64,000 bases of DNA, taken from assembly GCA_010093815.1 (NCBI GenBank), contig ML996580.1. One strand, written 5' to 3'. Made by a program: the position numbers and the translations under genes. Positions 60,437 to 64,000 of the stretch are shown in pieces. The notes under the pieces were generated by a model, which had not been told where the DNA came from, made no database searches, and worked only from the letters and a program-made list of their open reading frames with translations. Origin of the DNA: Pseudovirgaria hyperparasitica (taxonomy: Eukaryota). Position 1 is the stretch's first letter. Each line of letters begins with the position of its first letter.

Positions 60437-61687
60437 AGTTGGTAGCTCTCAGACAGCACACCGGAAAAGAGGAAGGATGAAGACGCTCTAGTAGAGCAGG
60501 ATGGATGTGTTTTAGTATGAAACCATTCTCCAGGTAGACAATAGTCTAAGACAGACTGAGGACTTATACCACAGTGAAAGGAGCCTGTATAGAAGGACAA
60601 TGCTTGGGAGAAGCTGACAACATAAATGCCCTGAGGCGTCACCTACCTATCTAGAAGGAAGTGCGCCAAGGGTAGTGGTGCCTGGGGCAGAAGTACCTAG
60701 GTATCGCCGGGACCAGGGGAGGTCGGTTGGTGAAAAGACGCCAAACCACTTGCGACGTCCGTTAGAAGCTTCCCTTTTCCTCCAAATCCATCCCTTCCTA
60801 CATCCCAACGGGTACGACGCCACAACCATAGTGTACAAAAGTCTCTCCATATATATATAAAGCCATCCATTCGTTGTCTATATCTGCACACCTGACCCTT
60901 CGGTCTATGCACATATGTCTACCGTTTCAAAGCTATAGAGCTCGTCGCCACCAGGCATCAGACCATATGCCATCTGTCCCAACGTCGATTAATTGTCCGC
61001 CGGGCCTCAATTGCTCACCAGGTAAGCTGAAACACGTTCTTTGGAAAGTCAGTACTGTTCCGCTCCTCATATGTGACTCTTGAGTTATTTCTAAACCAGA
61101 CCAATCTCGTTATCCTCAGTCATGAAGCGAAGTAGGATATGGAGTGAACCAAGTCCCGTTGAGTCTACCAACCTAAACACGCTACCTCTGCATCATATCT
61201 TGTCTTTTCTCAGGGTGTCGTGCCGTTCTTTGAAACGGCTTTTAAGTAAGCACAGAGGTCTCGATTGTACAGGTTGCATCTTCTTTTTCCACAGCGAGCC
61301 GATGCGGGTTTGGCTTCATCAATTATTGGCTGCTTTTCTGTATCCCAGAAATGTCCTACTTGTTTATTGCTGTTCTCTATACATCCTCTGTCCATCCACT
61401 GTCATCTGCTTTGCAAGGTAGACACGCAAACGACACTGATCGCGTTGTTCTTGGTTGAGTGCTCAGTCGGGAGGCATGAAGGGTCACCTGACTAGACCTC
61501 CTTCCGCTCCGCACCACTCAATCTACCCACTCTTCCTCACGCTCCATCTGCATTCTCTGGCCGCCATCGTCTCTTCATGTCTAACTCATGTCATCTCAGA
61601 ACATCCTCTGTAACAACAAGAACTCTGATCTTCTTCAAAAGCATACCTGCCTACGAGTAGGTCGCACCTTGCGACCTGCTGATGGCC

Positions 61688-63828
61688 ATGTACCAGCAGC
61701 AAGGCCATAGACCGTAAGTCATTTCCATATATCACTACAGCCATGTATCAGCATGATATACTGCGCGTCTATCTACCTCCTCTGCTATAATTGCAGGTAC
61801 ACGGCACCTCATCAGGTCGGCTGTGGATCGCTCTCGGTGTTTATTTCTCTCTATTTTCAATCAAGCTGTCGCTAACTCGTAGATGTCTGATGTACAGGGG
61901 AGGCTTTCCATACAAAAAGAAAAACAACCCCGTGGTCACTCGCTACCCTCCTCCACCGGGCTACCAACCAGGCTACCAGCAAACTGGTTACCAACCCCAA
62001 TGGCCTCAAGGCCAGCAAGCTCCAGCTCCCAGTACTCAACAGGCATATTCCTATCCAAATCAAGTGCATCAGTCTCCCCAACACCAGAGTCAGGGATATT
62101 CCCAGCAGTCACCGTATGGCACGTATCCACAGGCGGCCCCCCAGCATTACACCCACCCTTCCAACCATAGTGGCTACTATCAACCGCCTCCCCATAATCA
62201 ATACACACCGCAGGTAGTACAACAACAGCAGCAGCAACCTGTGCATCCCCAACAGTATCAACACCAACATCAGCACCAGCCAGCCCTGCAGCACAATTCC
62301 TCGTCTTCCTACACAGGCAATTCCCCTCAATCTACATTCTACCCTACATATTCGAGTCATGTGTCAGCCTCACCCCAGAGCGCACACAGTGCACAAGGAT
62401 CATCCTCATTTACACATCACAAAGGTATGCAAAATGGCCATCCTTATGGTCAAACTTATCCTCCCCAAACGCACATCCAGAGCCATCATTCGCGGGCCTC
62501 GCAACCACCTGGTCCGCAGTATCCTCAAAGCCAAGGATACGACTGGCTCGGTGGTGTCTATGCGGATGACATGGGTACTGACGCTATTATTCCGCATGTC
62601 GATGAAGCTCCGCCACCACGAAAGCTTCCTAAAGAAGGACCGTGTATCTTTGCCCCCGAGGATGAGCATGTTTTCTGGGATTTCGAGAACTCTGTCGGAG
62701 CATTCTGGCCAAAGGCCGGAGACTACGTAAACCCTCGAACAAGCATAGGTGTTCAAGGTATTTGATTAATTTGATGTAACATGCATAATCACTAAATCAT
62801 TATAGTTTGGCGGTCTGCTCAAAGGCTCACGCGGCCGCTACCAAGCTTATGGAAGGAAGCCGAAGAGCAAGCACAAGCACCTCCTAAAGAACCACTCAAC
62901 TATGGCAACTCTGTTTCAGAGTATCATACTGCTGAGAATGCTCACGAGTCTCAACTTGACGTTCGGCAGACAGACTTTTGGGAAGAGGTAAAACACTTTT
63001 CAGAGTTCAAAGAATTACAGATACCACGGACGTCAAATCCTAGAACCATATCCAAGGATGAATGGAGCATCATGGACTCTTTAGACCAAGCATTGAATAC
63101 CTCAATAAATTCTCAGCCCCCGACATCTTTAAGCCTACAAGGTGGAGAAAAGCAAAAAACCTTTGGATTTTCAGTTGACAGCAACCACCGTACCAGTAGT
63201 CAGTCATCGAGCAATGGAAAGCGTCGGTCTCCCGGACAGGATTATAGACAGACGAAGCCCCCTACCGATCTAACACAAAATGCCGAGCTAGACGCTGCCC
63301 AGGAGGAGATCCTCGCCCGATTAGGTGTCTCAGGGCCAGCGAAACCTTCTGTTTGGACGCCTGCTGATGTTGTGCCTGGGTCTATACCAGGTGCTCCACC
63401 TCCGCCGCCGCCGCCACCACCACCGGAGCCCCAAATGAGGCGCTCACCGTCAATAGATCCCTGGGCGGAGAATCGAGACCGACGTTCCCCCTCACGACAG
63501 TCTTCTGGCAGCCACAAAACAATTGCTGGTTCGGACTTTGATCCAGACGGCCATGACTCTCGTGTACTGAATGAAGAATCGATCAAGACCGAAGATGTTA
63601 CGCATAAAACGGAAACTTCTCTCCTTCGCAAGCGATCACGAGGTAACGACCTTTCGCTGTATGCCGCTTCGGACCTTGGCCGTAATCAAGAGGATGATGG
63701 CGGCAGACAAGCTGATGATGGTGGTAAGAAGAAGCGGCCTAAGCTGAACGGCCGCATCAGCTCCGTATATGGGTAAGCTGTTCTTCTCTAGTCCATTATA
63801 TTCCTAACGAACAAGTAGCCGCCGTTAA
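61688..63828 (+). CDS. Pro/Gln-rich hypothetical protein; 4 exons
   Basis: MYQQQGHRP/GGFPYKKKNNPVVTRYPPPPGY..., introns near 61714-61897, 62758-62805 and 63773-63818, poly-Pro tract, and basic NLS-like end KKKRPKL..VYGRR*. Confidence 0.78.
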
Positions 63829-64000
63829 TATACAGACTCGCAACCTTGAAATGTTTTCATGGACTTCTTGCACATACCATGTCACGGCTGTGCAACGCAT
63901 TGTGTTTCAAAGGCACTCTCACTTCACGAGTGTCTTAAGTCGTTCCGTCCCTACACAGACATAACTTAGAATAGCACTTTGCAACTTGTCTTGTAATTGT

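Noticed and set aside
1..64000. tRNA, rRNA or intact transposon genes
   Set aside because: None recognised by eye. tRNAscan-SE, Infernal and RepeatMasker would be needed to exclude them.

Overview
Eukaryotic, intron-containing DNA from a filamentous ascomycete (Pezizomycotina), judged by short GT..AG introns with CTRAC/CTAAT branch sites and fungal gene families. The left end (0.6-9.2 kb) holds a biotin-pathway neighbourhood: biotin synthase BIO2, a FATP/FAT1-family acyl-CoA ligase ending in ARI, a KRE2-type mannosyltransferase and KAPA synthase BioF ending in ARL. An assembly gap and a RIP-like AT-rich patch follow. The 11-28 kb segment is gene-sparse: two probable gene relics, an MFSD1-like transporter, a zinc-finger protein, a fungal SLATT protein, an S9 peptidase and a secreted protein. 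A conserved block follows with a DUF2293 gene, a LYR-like gene, MZT1, JLP2/CCDC25, a repetitive GPI-anchored protein, NUF2, a large disordered protein, thioredoxin, a small zinc-ribbon protein, a GPAT/DHAPAT acyltransferase, PPG1 and a P/Q-rich protein. The most unusual signals are in splicing architecture: (i) a one-nucleotide exon needed to keep the JLP2/CCDC25 frame, (ii) an apparently non-coding minus-strand unit at 51.5-52.9 kb with a TATA box and six tandem branch-point/3' splice-site units, and (iii) a possible splice switch that includes or removes the mitochondrial start codon of thioredoxin. Gene models were built by eye and no database searches were run.
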